Shown one piece after another: positions 15,836-41,100 of a stretch of DNA of 64,000 nt. Positions within the stretch are counted from its first letter, which is position 1. Each line of letters opens with the position of its first letter. The position numbers were made by a program, and so were the translations under genes. Below the pieces are notes generated by a model that made no database searches, was not told where the DNA came from, and saw only the letters and a program-made list of their open reading frames with translations. The DNA comes from Gracilinanus agilis (taxonomy: Eukaryota), in assembly GCF_016433145.1 (NCBI RefSeq), contig NC_058130.1, forward strand, positions 201,611,718 through 201,675,717, given 5' to 3'.

Positions 15836-15841
15836 TTTATT
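15836..15841 (-). terminator. KAT8 polyadenylation signal AATAAA
   Basis: Plus-strand TTTATT, ~130 nt after the KAT8 stop; GU-rich sequence follows on the minus strand. Confidence 0.75.
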
Positions 15842-15972
15842 AAAAAAATATTTAGGGCTCGAAGGTAGGCAGAGGAGTCTATACATATTTACAAACTGAA
15901 AAAGAGGCATCCCTCCCAGGTCTAAGACGATCACTGGGTAGGGAATGCAGGGGGGCTGGTCAGAACACCGGA

Positions 15973-26010
<10,038 letters not shown>

Positions 26011-26899
26011 CGAACCGGTCGGAAGTGACGTAATAATCAGGCGTCTCGACGACCCCCACACTTCCGGGTCCCTTACGGCCGACCAGGGCGCTCTAGAAGC
26101 GTGGGGGAGGCGGAGTCGCGTGACGTAGCATACCACGATTGAGTGGCTGAGGTCATGCACCGCCCTGGGGACCCTCACCTACAGGTGGATACGGTTTGGG
26201 CGGCCTCGTTTTCTCCCCACTACCATATCTTCCGTATGAATTGGAAGTGCCCTGAGTGGGCGAGAAGGGTTGACCTCTTTACTACGTCATGAAGACGTCT
26301 CAGTTTCTTCTAGGCTCCACCTGTAACCTGTCTGAAGTTCCAAGGGGATTAAGGTGGAAAGAGAACTGTATTTTTTAACCGAAAACGCTGAAATTGAAGA
26401 ATGAGTGCGCCGAGTCGCATCCCCTGTTTCCCGGTAACGGCTAAATACAGAGCTAGCAATTACATTTGGCAGGCGCTGGCTCTTTTCCGCTTCAAGGACC
26501 AACCCCAGCCCCTGACCTTTCGCTCTTATTTTCAAGGTTTGAAGAATGCGTTGCTTTTGATAACCCTGGGTGATCCATTGTGCAAGAATGAAGATTCCTA
26601 TTTTACATACGCAGAGGCTGAGGCCCAAAAGATGTGAAGTCAACTGGTCCAAGATCCCACAGCTAACAAATGGCAGGGCTGGTATTTAAAAACAACCTAA
26701 ATCCAAACTGCAGCCGTTTTCCAAGACACCACACTGGCTCTGGCAGAATGGGGTGGTGCCAGCTCAGCTCCCAACGATCTTAAAAGAGATTGTGAAAAGT
26801 ATATCTCAAACATTGCTGTAGACTGCTTAAAGAAAGGGAGGAAGGAATAAGGAGGCCTTAGAATCTAGAGATCTCTCCTCAGAATGTTTTTAAACGTTT

Positions 26900-27085
26900 G
26901 AAACAAAATGCAGGCTAAGAGGGGCAGGCCTAGAGAGGAGAGGTCCTGGGTTCAAATTTGACCTCAGACATTGCCTAGTTGTGTGACCCTGGGCAATCAT
27001 TTACACCCCATTACCTAGCTCTTTCTGCTCTTCTGCCTTGGAACCAATACATGGTATTGATACTAAGACATAAGGTAAGTTTTTT
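26900..27085 (+). mobile_element. CORE-SINE
   Basis: GGCCTAGAG...GGTCCTGGGTTCAAATTTGACCTCAGAC...TGTGTGACCCTGGGCAA. Confidence 0.75.
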
Positions 27086-28692
27086 TTTTATAGGTCTAAA
27101 AAGGAGTATCAAACTACTATCAGAAGTAGTAACTTTTCCTATCAGGAAGTTTAGCCATTCCCCCCCCCCCCCTTTACCAAGTCTATCTGTGGGCCCCAAC
27201 TTAAGAAACCCTCATCTAGAAACTTCCACTCATGAATTCCCAACAGAGCCTTTCATCAACTTGACAGTATTTACAGTATCTGAAGAGGGCTAATCTCAAA
27301 GAACAAGTCTTTGCAATCCTAAGTAACCATTATCTCTTGGATGGCTTTTTTGAGTTAGACCACCCAAAAATGTAAGTGCTAGGTACTTAATTCCACCACC
27401 CCACCCCCATCATTAAGACCTCCTCTTTTGGGAATCTTCAGTAATGAGCTAAACTCATAGAACAAGAACTTGGCAAGAGGGGTAGGGTGAAGGGCATAGA
27501 AAGAGAGAAGGTAATGAATAACTTTCTCCAGCGCCATCTGAGCTATAGGTCAGGACTCCCTCTGAACATCCTCCTGAGAAAGAAAGACAATCAGTTATGA
27601 GAGGGTGGGGCTATAAGAGTGAGTGTGTAAGTGTGTGTGAATATATAGACACATACACTCAAGATGGTAAGGACTGAATTAGCACTCATTAATGAGTCAA
27701 TAATCTAGAGGTAAGCAGGGAATTCCACACTTGTCTAGACCTGACAGATCAAGGGATTTCTCATGGGAGAGAAAAACACTACATTCCCCCAACTCCTGCT
27801 TACTTATGGGTCCTCTCATGTGATTTATTTAAAATCCAGCCTCCTTGCCACTTCTAGTTTCCCCCTATACCTTATGTTCCCCCTTTCTATCTTTTGGGCC
27901 TACCCCAAGTTCCCAGGTACCCCGAAGCCAGAAGCCTGCTGGCCAGGACTCCCAAGCACAGGCAGGAGGCCAACCTGGGTGTCACAGCCCAGCTGAGGGT
28001 GAGTATTTTTAACAGCCACCTGGCATCAGAATGTCAGGTGGCCCCAGTGACCTCATTAACCTTGGACGATGGAAAGGAAACAGAAATAAGGAGCCCTGGG
28101 AAGAATTCAAGGAGAATGAGGTTAAGTCATAAATGGCAATAATTCCCATTTTTGGATCTCATCAGACATTTCTTTTACCTCACCTCACTTTCAACAGATT
28201 TCTAACCTCAAAAAGGAACTAGCAAAAAGGCAGAAGACCTCAAAATTAGGATTAGAATTCAGGGATGACTTCCTAATTATGATAGGAGAAAAGTCCAGAA
28301 GAGGGGCTAGTGTAGAAAAAAACTGGATTTCAAAACAGTAAGGCAGTTCAAATCCCTGTTACTTGCTATGTGGTCTTAGACAAGTGCTCTATTTTCTGGG
28401 TTAAGTGTTGTCATTTGTAAAAATGAGGAGGTTTGGTCTCAGATCATTTCTAAGTTTTTTTTTCCTAACTTAAATCCTATGAATTGGAAGCTGCTATCCT
28501 TACACACTTCCCCTAAAAAAAGGAAAATGTGTCCAACCCTCAGCCAGGCCTACCTGTCTGTAGACAAGGGAAAAGAGACAAGGTGACCCCCAGCTTTGTC
28601 CTCAGAAAAGGTAGACAGGAAAGTCTGGCTGTCCCCTAGCCAGCCAGGACACACACACCCTGCCCTGGGGGAGGGGCTTTCAAAATGTGCAC

Positions 28693-28698
28693 TTTAAT
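28693..28698 (-). terminator. Probable BCKDK polyadenylation signal ATTAAA
   Basis: Plus-strand TTTAAT, ~490 nt after the BCKDK stop; TGTGT-rich sequence lies downstream on the minus strand. Confidence 0.5.
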
Positions 28699-29181
28699 AT
28701 TACAAACACAGCAGTAGGTAGGGGAAGGAAAGGGGGTTCATGAACCCCCAAACTTACTTCCCCAGAAACATGTATGATGCAGGAGGCCTCTGGGGCCCCC
28801 AAAAGCTCCCCCCACCCATCCTCCCTAGCTCTGGGCCAAAAAGCCAGAAGCAGAGAAGATAAGAAAAGGGAAGAAGGAAAGAATTGCAGTATGTGATGGG
28901 TAGAAATTCTGAGTTACCAACCCTGGACTGGTGGACTCAGGGGACCTGATTGCCCAGGGTCCAGGGTGCAACAAACAGCAAGAGAAAACAGGTTTTGAGA
29001 CCCCAGGCAGAGCCATTAACAAAGGTCCTAAGGGAAGCTCCTGGCTCCCAACACTTCAGACCAAGCTGTAAGACCTGGAAGGAAGGGGAGGAAGGACAAT
29101 ATAATGAGAGGGGGAGAGGCAGGTGGCTTCCCTTGGCAAGTCTCAGGGGGTGAAGGCCTGGGCAAGGCCAGGCAAGATGGG

Positions 29182-32215
<3,034 letters not shown>

Positions 32216-32749
32216 CTCCTTTCTCCACCTGTTTATCCTTCCTGGTGGGCCTCCAAGTGAACCCAGGAGGTGAGAACAAAATAGGCTTGGGTGTAGGTGA
32301 TATTGGGTGGGGGGGCTTACCTTAGACTTGGGGGGGGAGGGCAGGACACAGAGGGCAGGTTTTGTAGACCCACTCCCATCTGTTGGAAGAAGGCAGAGAA
32401 GGTTGTGACCCTGAGAAGAGTATCATCCCAGTTCCACCTTGGGGATTTTCCTGAAAACTGTTCTGAGCATCCTTATGTTGGGGCCCCAAATTGGAGACAA
32501 AAGGTCCAGCTAGCATTATTTCTGGGCCCCCAGCCCTAAGGAGAAGAGCATTTCTAACACTGGGGGAGAAGGGCAGGGGCTGACCCTTTCCCTCCTCTTT
32601 TGCTGGAAATAAACTTAAGCAGTCCCAGGACAAGAAGTCTCCTGAGGACAGCCAGGTTGGATCCTGGTAGAAAAGCACCAAGCATGCTGACAGCCCTCAA
32701 AGAGGATCTATGCACAAAAGAGCAGGCACAAAGATGGCCCACCAGAGAT

Positions 32750-33400
32750 GGGGAGGAGCGGGGGAGGGGTGGGGAGACCGAAGACCCCGGTTATCCGTGA
32801 GCAGCCAAACCCGGAGGATGGGGAGGAAGGCCCTCCTCCCCCACCCCAGCCGAGTTCCTCCACCCTGACGACACTTCCTACGGTCCCTTTTCCACACTCC
32901 TCCCAGACATATGGTAGCACCGGGGTAACCTCCAGCGCCCTCCTTTCCCTCCCCCCTCCCCCCGCCTCCCCCCACATCGGCGCAGTGGTAGATCCCTCCT
33001 CGGGGCCTGCAATGTAAGACCCCGCAGTGGTAGGGTCCGCGAGGGGGGTATGCCATATGAGGCAAGCACTTACCTCCTGGGTCAGGGAGGGAGGGGGCGA
33101 GGCGCAGAGCGGAGCGGAGCCAACTCGGGTGCCAGAGTGAGACGACTAAGCCGACCAAGCAGCCTGTGCCCTCTGCTGCTACCTCCCCCAGCTTCTCCCC
33201 CTCTTTTCCTTCCCTCCTCCTCCTTTTCCAGAGCCCTCCTCCCTCCTCCCGTCTCCGGTTCCTGCGTGATGACGTAAGCGAAAAAGATCCACGCCGAGGG
33301 ACCAGGACCTCCTGGGAATTGTAGTTTCTTTGGCAAGACCTCGCTGAATTCTGTAGGGAAGTCGCGGGCGCTGCTGTAGCAGGGGAATGAATCACGGATA
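32750..33400 (-). promoter_or_regulatory. BCKDK CpG island, non-coding exon 1 (donor GAG|GTAAGT at 33074/33073) and promoter
   Basis: CpG-dense; TGACGTAA at 33270-33277; ZNF143/THAP11-type ACTACAATTCCCAG on the minus strand at 33312-33325. Confidence 0.7.
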
Positions 33401-33689
33401 CCTCTGAGCTTTTGCCTACCCTGCTCCCTTATGTCCCGAGTGTTTTCTTCGCCTGCTCAGTGGCTGCTCAACCTCAAAACCTAGTACAACTCTGTTCAAC
33501 CTCAGAAAACTCTCCTCCTTTCCGTCTGTGTGGAAGGTGAAGACTATGGATCATCAGGGACTTTTGCATTTACCTTTGGATTTGGTGAATGTGTGTGACT
33601 AAATTTGCTAAATTGATTTTTTCAGTTTTTTCTTTTTCTGTTGGGAAGGATGACTCATTAGGTACGGGAGGGATGTATTTGTTGTTTGT

Positions 33690-33980
33690 TTTTTTTAATT
33701 TTTAAAAAATTATTGCCCTTTTAATTTATTTTATATTTTAAAATTTATTTTTTAGTATTTTTCCAAGGTTACATGATTCATAGTCTCTCCCTCACTTCCC
33801 TCTCCCCTCCTAGAGCTGACAAGCAATATACGTGGGCTATACATGTTATTATTACTCAATACCTATTTCCATGTTATTCGTTTTTGTAACCAGGAATTCT
33901 CTGTCCGTATAAATAAGTGATAAATCATATGTTTTTCTTCTGTGTTTCTACTCCCACAGTTCTTTCTCATAAGTGGGAGG
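33690..33980 (-). mobile_element. L1 3'UTR fragment
   Basis: GGTTACATGATTCAT...TGTTTCTACTCCCACAGTTCTTTCTC shared with other L1 copies here. Confidence 0.75.
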
Positions 33981-34064
33981 AATATATTTGTAAATTAATT
34001 TGATGGGGAAAAAAATCTGCTGAGTTTTACCCATTTAATCAATACCTAGAAGCTATGGAGAGAA

Positions 34065-34250
34065 TATTAACACTGGCACCAGAGGACCTGGGTTCAAATG
34101 CTGACTTTTATTTACTATCTGGGTAATCTTGGCCAACCTCTTACCTTCTCTGGGCCTCAGTTTCCTTATTTGTAAAATGAAAGTGCTGGATTATATGTTT
34201 GGACTGGGGCCCCTTCTAGCTCTATGTTTATGATACTATGAAGAAGCATT
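34065..34250 (+). mobile_element. MIR-like CORE-SINE
   Basis: GAGGACCTGGGTTCAAAT...CTCTGGGCCTCAGTTTCCTTATTTGTAAAATG. Confidence 0.75.
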
Positions 34251-34560
34251 TGTTAAAATACCTACTATATGCCATGTACAGTTCTAGGCATGGAAGATGA
34301 AAAAATAAAGTAGCCCCTTGCTGCTATGGAACCAAGCCCAAAGTGTTGTGGGAGAACTTGATAGTATCAGGTTCAGGAGGGTACCCTCTTAAAGAATTAC
34401 CAGTGGGTGGAATGAGAAATTAATGTGTTATTCTCAAGTTATTAATAGTTATCTCCATGACCTTAGTTAAAGCTGGTCTCCAGCCACCCCTTAACCCACC
34501 TCATCCCCATCAAGACAAGATTACCCCACCAGCAGTGACCTGAGACATGGCCACTGGCCA

Positions 34561-34562
<2 letters not shown>

Positions 34563-34646
<84 letters not shown>

Positions 34647-34956
34647 NNNNNNNNNNNNNNNNNNNNNNNNNNNNNNNNNNNNNNNNNNNNNNNNNNNNNN
34701 NNNNNNNNNNNNNNNNNNNNNNNNNNNNNNNNNNNNNNNNNNNNNNNNNNNNNNNNNNNNNNNNNNNNNNNNNNNNNNNNNNNNNNNNNNNNNNNNNNNN
34801 NNNNNNNNNNNNNNNNNNNNNNNNNNNNNNNNNNNNNNNNNNNNNNNNNNNNNNNNNNNNNNNNNNNNNNNNNNNNNNNNNNNNNNNNNNNNNNNNNNNN
34901 NNNNNNNNNNNNNNNNNNNNNNNNNNNNNNNNNNNNNNNNNNNNNNNNNNNNNNNN

Positions 34957-35003
<47 letters not shown>
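34563..35003. repeat. (CT)n microsatellite spanning the assembly gap
   Basis: Perfect CT runs at 34563-34646 and 34957-35003. Confidence 0.95.
34647..34956. other. Assembly gap (310 N)
   Basis: Run of N. Confidence 1.
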
Positions 35004-35006
<3 letters not shown>

Positions 35007-35149
35007 CCCATGATGTGAAACATTGCTCCACATTTCTTTTTTCTTTCAATAAATATTTTCCATTTTAAAGATGGTTTTTCTCGGTCTTTTTGAATAGCAG
35101 TTAAAGAGGGTGTACCTTGATATTTCAGGGTCCCTTTCAACTTCCACTT

Positions 35150-37800
35150 TACATAGCAGGCTCCAATGAATCTTTAAAAAAAGCAGAATTTATTGAGTGA
35201 GTGGCCTAGAGGCAGGTGCAAGTGAAGTCTGCCTCCCTGAGGAGAAGGGTCCAGGATTTTTATACCTTAAAGGAATAAAAAGTATGCAACCTAGAGAGGA
35301 CGGTGGGGAGGGAACAAAATAGGGCTGATTCCCCTGCAAGAAGCCTAGGAGTCTGGGGTAGAAGCACAGGTATACATTATTAATGACACATTAGGCCCCC
35401 ATAGTGAAGAATTGATTATCTTAGAGAATGCAGAGGTGTTTGAGATGCAAATGGAAGGTATGCATCCCTGCTAAAACTAAAGGACAATTCCTCCTAAACA
35501 GAAGGAAATACATCTCTCTCAGGACATTTTGTTTAAGATATTGTCTTTTTGGTTGTACCTGGGTCAGTTTTCTTTGGCCACCTGCATTTCTGGTATCCAG
35601 GATTGAGGAATTCTTCACCTATTTTTTTGACCTGGGATTCCTTTGTTGTACCCAAATTTTAATACTTAACCCAGGTTCGATCATGGCCGGAGGAAGAATC
35701 ACACTGACAATGCAATATGCAAGAAGAGGCTCATTCTTTACTAGCAATAATGGCTAGGGTCGCTAGGCAGAGAGGCATGCCTGAACGACCCCTTGGAATT
35801 CTCAGCCAAGAGTTTATATAGAAATGTTTGGGGAAGGGGGTTGTTACATACATAATTATCAAGGTAGTGTCAGGGACAGGTGGTCAGGAAGCATCTGGGG
35901 AGGGGGGGTTTCAGGGTCAGGGGGCTGGAAGCATTTGGCAAACATACATTAAATAGGCAAATATTGTAAAGCAGGCAAACATAGACAAACATTCCTCAAG
36001 ACATCAGATAAGATAGCTTCAGTTTTAGGTTTATGATAGGGGGAGATAAGGAAGACTGTGCTGGGAAACCTTGGGGGCTGGGGGTAGCTAGCCCAGGCCA
36101 GAAATAGTTCAGTAGACTGCCAGACTGATTTTTAAATCCAACACCTTTAGAGGCTTGGGGTGTCCCAGTTACCCTGTACCACCATACCAAAAGGGCCATA
36201 AAACTGTAATTACACTGTAAGCTAGCAATATCACCACTAGGCCTATCTCAAAGAAATCAGAGATGGGGGGAAAAGGAACTGTTTGTACAAAAATATTCTT
36301 AGTAGCTTTCTTTGTAGTGGCTGAATAGGTATCATTGGGGAATGGCTAAACAAGCTGTAGTATATGGCTGTAATATAAAACTATTATGTCGTAAGTGTCA
36401 AACCTGAAAAACACAGAACCACTAGTTTGAAAGAATGAGTCTTTAATCAGGATAAGAAAGACAATGCTCTGATCTGGCCACTACACAGAATCAAGCCAAA
36501 GATACCACATAGAGTCAAAGATCTGGGATTCCATGAACAATGCCTCCGGGAAAAAGCGCCTGGAAAGGAGATTTTTCAATGAGCTAAAGAACTTGGGGTT
36601 TATATACCTTTGGGGGAATATGGGACAGGAAAGTTCAATTGATTGGCTTTCTAGTGGACATAGGGGAAGGAGGAGTTAGACTACCTGGGAGAAACCTAGA
36701 CACCATGGGAGAAACTTCTAAGACAAAAGGGTACTTAAGTTTTGATTATCTCTTTTACTCCTATTCAGGATGCTTAATGGATGCTTGATGGCTTATTATT
36801 CAGTCTGGGACTAGGGTCAGTTTGGAAGTTCTCTGAAGGCCAGTTCCCTTGGGACAAAGTTTAAATAAGTTTCATAAAACAATGTTGTCAATTGGATATG
36901 GAATGTGTGTCTTCAGTCACACAGGGAATATGAAAATACATATTACATGAAAGCACTGAAATAATCTATATCAGACTATTTACCACTTTAGGGAGGTGGG
37001 AGAGGATCTAAATAAAAAAAAAGTCAGAAAACAATTGTCAAAAATTGTTTCTACATGTCATTGAAAAAAAGATGAGTAAAACTATTGTGTGAAATAATTT
37101 GACCCCTAAACCCCTACCCTATTGGAATTGATTCCAGGCTTATTGCTCAATGATTTTACCCCATGCTAATTCCTAATCAATATAATCCAGTATTTCATAG
37201 GGGAAGTGATGGTGTTAACATACCTTAACATACATGTTGTCAGTTAGGGATAATCAACTAATCCTAACACAATATAATTAAGAGTAATTATATTAGGTGT
37301 TAACTTGGAAAAAACACAGAACTATTAAATAGTCACAAAGCCACTCTTTAATCAAGGGAAAGGGGGAACAGGGCTGATTAGGCCCCTTATGCAGAGCTGT
37401 GCCTTATGCAGAGTCCAAGGATTGAACACTGCTTCCCTCTGATCCCTGACCCCCTGGGAGTGACACTGAGCTAGATGACAACTCTAAGGAACAAAGGAAA
37501 TTGGGGAACTTATATACCATTTGGGAAGATCCAGGGGCTGGGAAAGATGATTGACTTTATACTGGTAAGGATGGGATTTACAATCAAGCTTGGGAAAAGA
37601 ATCCTAACCAGAGGCTAGGGTGTAAGGGAAGGTGCTGCTTACACAATGGATACAAAAGGATGGTCCCTGCCCAGGTGTGTCTTTGATACAATGACTTTGA
37701 TACAAAGACCCAGTCTTTGATACAATGGGCAAGACTACCTAAGACAAAAGGGTATATAGCATTTACCCTAGGGTCCATTATTCAGTCTGCTACTGCTAGT
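35150..37800 (-). mobile_element. Cluster of about four LTR-like elements (starting near 35150, 35643, 36396, 37298) with L1 pieces
   Basis: Each has a minus-strand TATA followed by a minus-strand polyA hexamer. The 36396 and 37298 elements share related ends (TGT..AAC.TG.AAAAACACAGAAC...TCTTTAATCA). Confidence 0.5.
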
Positions 37801-38139
37801 CTGAGATTCCCTTCAGGGTGGATTCTCACAGGAACAGGGAAGCACAAGCTTTGGGGGTCTCCAGCCTACAAGCTATTTCTAAAACTTGGGGTTCATCAGA
37901 TCTCCCTAAGCCACAAGTTTGGGGTCTCTAGATTCCACTTCGACCTAGGTTAAATAGTTGAATAGATTCTTTAAACTTATAAAGGACCTCCACCATTGTG
38001 GCTGGTGAGTGTCAGAGTGCACAAGACCTCCAAACCTTCTTACAACCTAATCATATAAAACCAGGATAGAATTGTCTTAAGCTTCTGTGGAAAGTCTCCT
38101 AGTTAATTTAGGAGCCCCTCAGCCCTTTGTCATTTCCCT

Positions 38140-41100
38140 CTGTTGCCCAATATTAAGTGGTATACCAAGATAAATTTAAAATGGGTAAATGACTTAAATA
38201 TAAAGAGCGAAATCATAAACAAATTAGGTAAACATAGAATAATATACCTGTCAGATTTGTGGGAAAGGAAGAAATTTAAAACTAAACAAGAGAAAGAGAA
38301 CATTTCAAAATGTAAAATGAATGATTTTGATTACATCAAATTAAAAAAGTTTTGTACAAACAAAATCAATGCAACCAAAATTAGAAGGAAAGCAACAAAG
38401 CGGGAAAACATTTTTATTAAAAAAAAAAAAACCTCTCTGACAAAGGTTTAATTTCCCAAATATATAAGGAATTAAGTCAAATTTACAAAAAAAAAAAAAA
38501 TCAAGCCATTCCCCAATGGACAAATGGTCAAGAGCTATGAATAGGCAGTTCTCAGATGAAGAAATCAAAACTATCAAAAATCACATGGAAAAATGTTCTA
38601 AATCCCTCCTGATTAGAGAAATGCAAATGAAAAAAACTCTGAGGTACTACCTAGCAGATACCTGAGGTACTACCTAGCAGATGTTTTTCTTCTGGTCAAT
38701 ATGGCAGCAAAGAAAAGTGATAAATTTGGAAAGGATGTGATAAAATTGGGAGACTAATACACTACTGTCAGAGTTATGAATTAATCCAAACTTTCTGGGG
38801 GGCAATTTGGAATTATGTCCAAAGGGCTTTAAAAGATTACCTGCCCTTTGATCCAGCCATATCGCTGCTGGGTTTGAAACCCAAAGAGATAATAAGGAAA
38901 AATACTTGTGCAAAAATATTTATAGCCAATGTTAGATGCTGTATACCTATCTGACTACCCACAGGTCCCATTGCCCTGTAACTGTAAACTGGTAGGGGGT
39001 GGGTAAGTGGTTGGGGGTTAGTTTTGTCAGTCTGTGACCAATGATGAGAATTTGTATTTTGTGCCGCACTATCTGGATTGTCTAGGATTTGAGAATTATA
39101 AAACTTGTACTCTGGAACAAGGGAGTTCCTTTAGAATATTTTTCCATGGTTACATGATTCATGATTTGGCCTCCCTCCCCTTTCTTCCCCACTCCTGGCG
39201 CTGACAAGCAGTATCACTGGGTTATACATGTATCATTGTTCAAAACCCATTTCCATGTTATTCATATTTGCAGTAGATCTATCTTTTAATGCCATACTCC
39301 TAATCATATCCCCATCCAACTATGTGATCTATCATATGTTTTTCTTCTGTGTTTCTACTCTCACAGTTCTTTCTCTGACTGTGGGTAGCATTCTTTCTCA
39401 AAAGTTCCTCTGGATTGCCCTGGGTTATTGCATTGCTGCTAGTAGAGAAGATCATTACATTTGATTGTGTACAATGTTCTCCTGGTTCTGCTTCTTTCAC
39501 TCTGTATCAGTTCCTGGAGGTCTTTCCAATTCACATGGAATTCCTCCAGTTCAGCATTCCTTATAGCACAATAGTATTCCATCACCATCAGATATCACAA
39601 TTTGTTCAGCCATTCCTCAATCAAAGGACACCCTATCATTTCCCAATTTTTTGCTACCACAAAAAGTGCAGCTATAAATGTTTTTGTGCATGTTTTTTTT
39701 TCTTATTATCTCTTTGGGGTACAAACCCAGCAGTGGTATGGCTGAGTCAAAAGGGTAGGCATTTGTCAATTGGACAATGGCTTGATTTTTTGTAAATTTT
39801 ACTTAGATTTGAGAAATCAAACATTTGTCAGAGAATTTTGTTATAAAATTCCCAGTTTGTTGCTTTCCTTCTAATTTTGGTTTGATGTAATCAAAGTCAT
39901 TCATTTTACATTTTGTAATGTTCTCTGTCTCTTGCTTGGTCTTAAATTCCTTTCCCATAGATCTGACAGATATACAATTCTATGTTCACCTAATTTATAT
40001 ATGATTTCATTCTTTATATTTAAGTCATTTACTCATTTTGAATTTATCTTGGTATAGGGTGTAAGATGTTGATTTAAACCTAATTTTCTCCATAATGTTT
40101 TCCAATTTTCCCAGCAGTTTTTGTCAAATAGCAAGTTCTTGACCCAAAAGCTGGGATCTTTGGGTTTATTGAACATTAGCTTGCTGAAGTTACTTACCTC
40201 TAATCTATTCCATTGATCCAGCCTTCTCTCTCTTAGCCAGTACCATATTGTGTGTTTTTTTTTTCATTTTTTAGAATATTTTTACATGGTTACATGATTC
40301 ATGTTCTTTCCTTCCCCCCAAACCATAGCCAACCCACAATTCCACTGGGTTTTACATATATCATTGATCAAGATCTAGTTCCATATTATTGATAGTTGCA
40401 CGGGGGTGGTCGTTTAGAGTCTACATCCCAAATCATATCCCAATCAATCCATGTGTTCAAGCAGTTGTTTTTCTTCTGTGTTTCTACTCCCACAGTTCTT
40501 TCTCTGGATGTGGATAACATTCTTTCTCATAAGTCCCTAAGAATTGTTCTGGATCACTGCATTGCTGCTAGTAGAGAAGTCCATTACATGCAATTGTACC
40601 GCAGTGTGTCAGTCTCATACTGTTCTCCTGGTTCTGCTCCTTTCACTCTGCATCAATTCCTGGAGGTCATTCCAGTTCACATACCATATTGTTTTGATGA
40701 CTACTGCTTTATAGTACAGTTTAAGATCTGGTACTGCTAGGCTACCATCCTTCACATTTTTTTTTCATTATTTCAATATTAATATTGATATTCTTGATCT
40801 CTTGTTCTTCCAGAATCTGGATTCCAGATGAACTTTGTTATAATTTTTTCTGATTCTATAAAAAAGTTTTTTTGGTAGTTTGATAGGTATGGCACTAAAT
40901 AAGTAGATTAGTTGGGATAAGATCATCATTTTTATGATGTTAGCTCATCCTACCCATGAGTAATTAATGTTTTTCCAGTTATTTAGATCTAGTTTTAATT
41001 ATGTGAAAAGTGTTTTGTAGTTGTAGTCATATAATTCCTGTGTTTGTCTTGGTAGATAAATTCTTAAATATTTTATATTGTCTAGAGTGATTTTAAATGG

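Larger units (their letters stand above)
34322..35127 (+). mobile_element. Solo-LTR-like element containing a long (CT)n
   Basis: TG...CA ends and AATAAA at ~35048 after the CT tract; no TSD resolved. Confidence 0.35.

Noticed and set aside
26011-26178. 56-codon in-frame extension upstream of the KAT8 ATG, starting at a GTG
   Set aside because: It lies across promoter motifs, probably upstream of the TSS, and is GC-rich. The ATG at 26010 matches the known N-terminus.
32697-33395. 232-aa minus-strand ORF and overlapping ORFs at the BCKDK promoter
   Set aside because: GC-rich, stop-poor CpG island with low-complexity translation; it crosses a clear splice donor at 33074.
34463-35140. Long ORFs with RERERE/SLSLSL and X runs
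   Set aside because: Artefacts of the (CT)n repeat and the N gap.
38143-38577. L1 ORF2-like ORFs as a functional gene
   Set aside because: Short, frameshifted, interrupted remnants.
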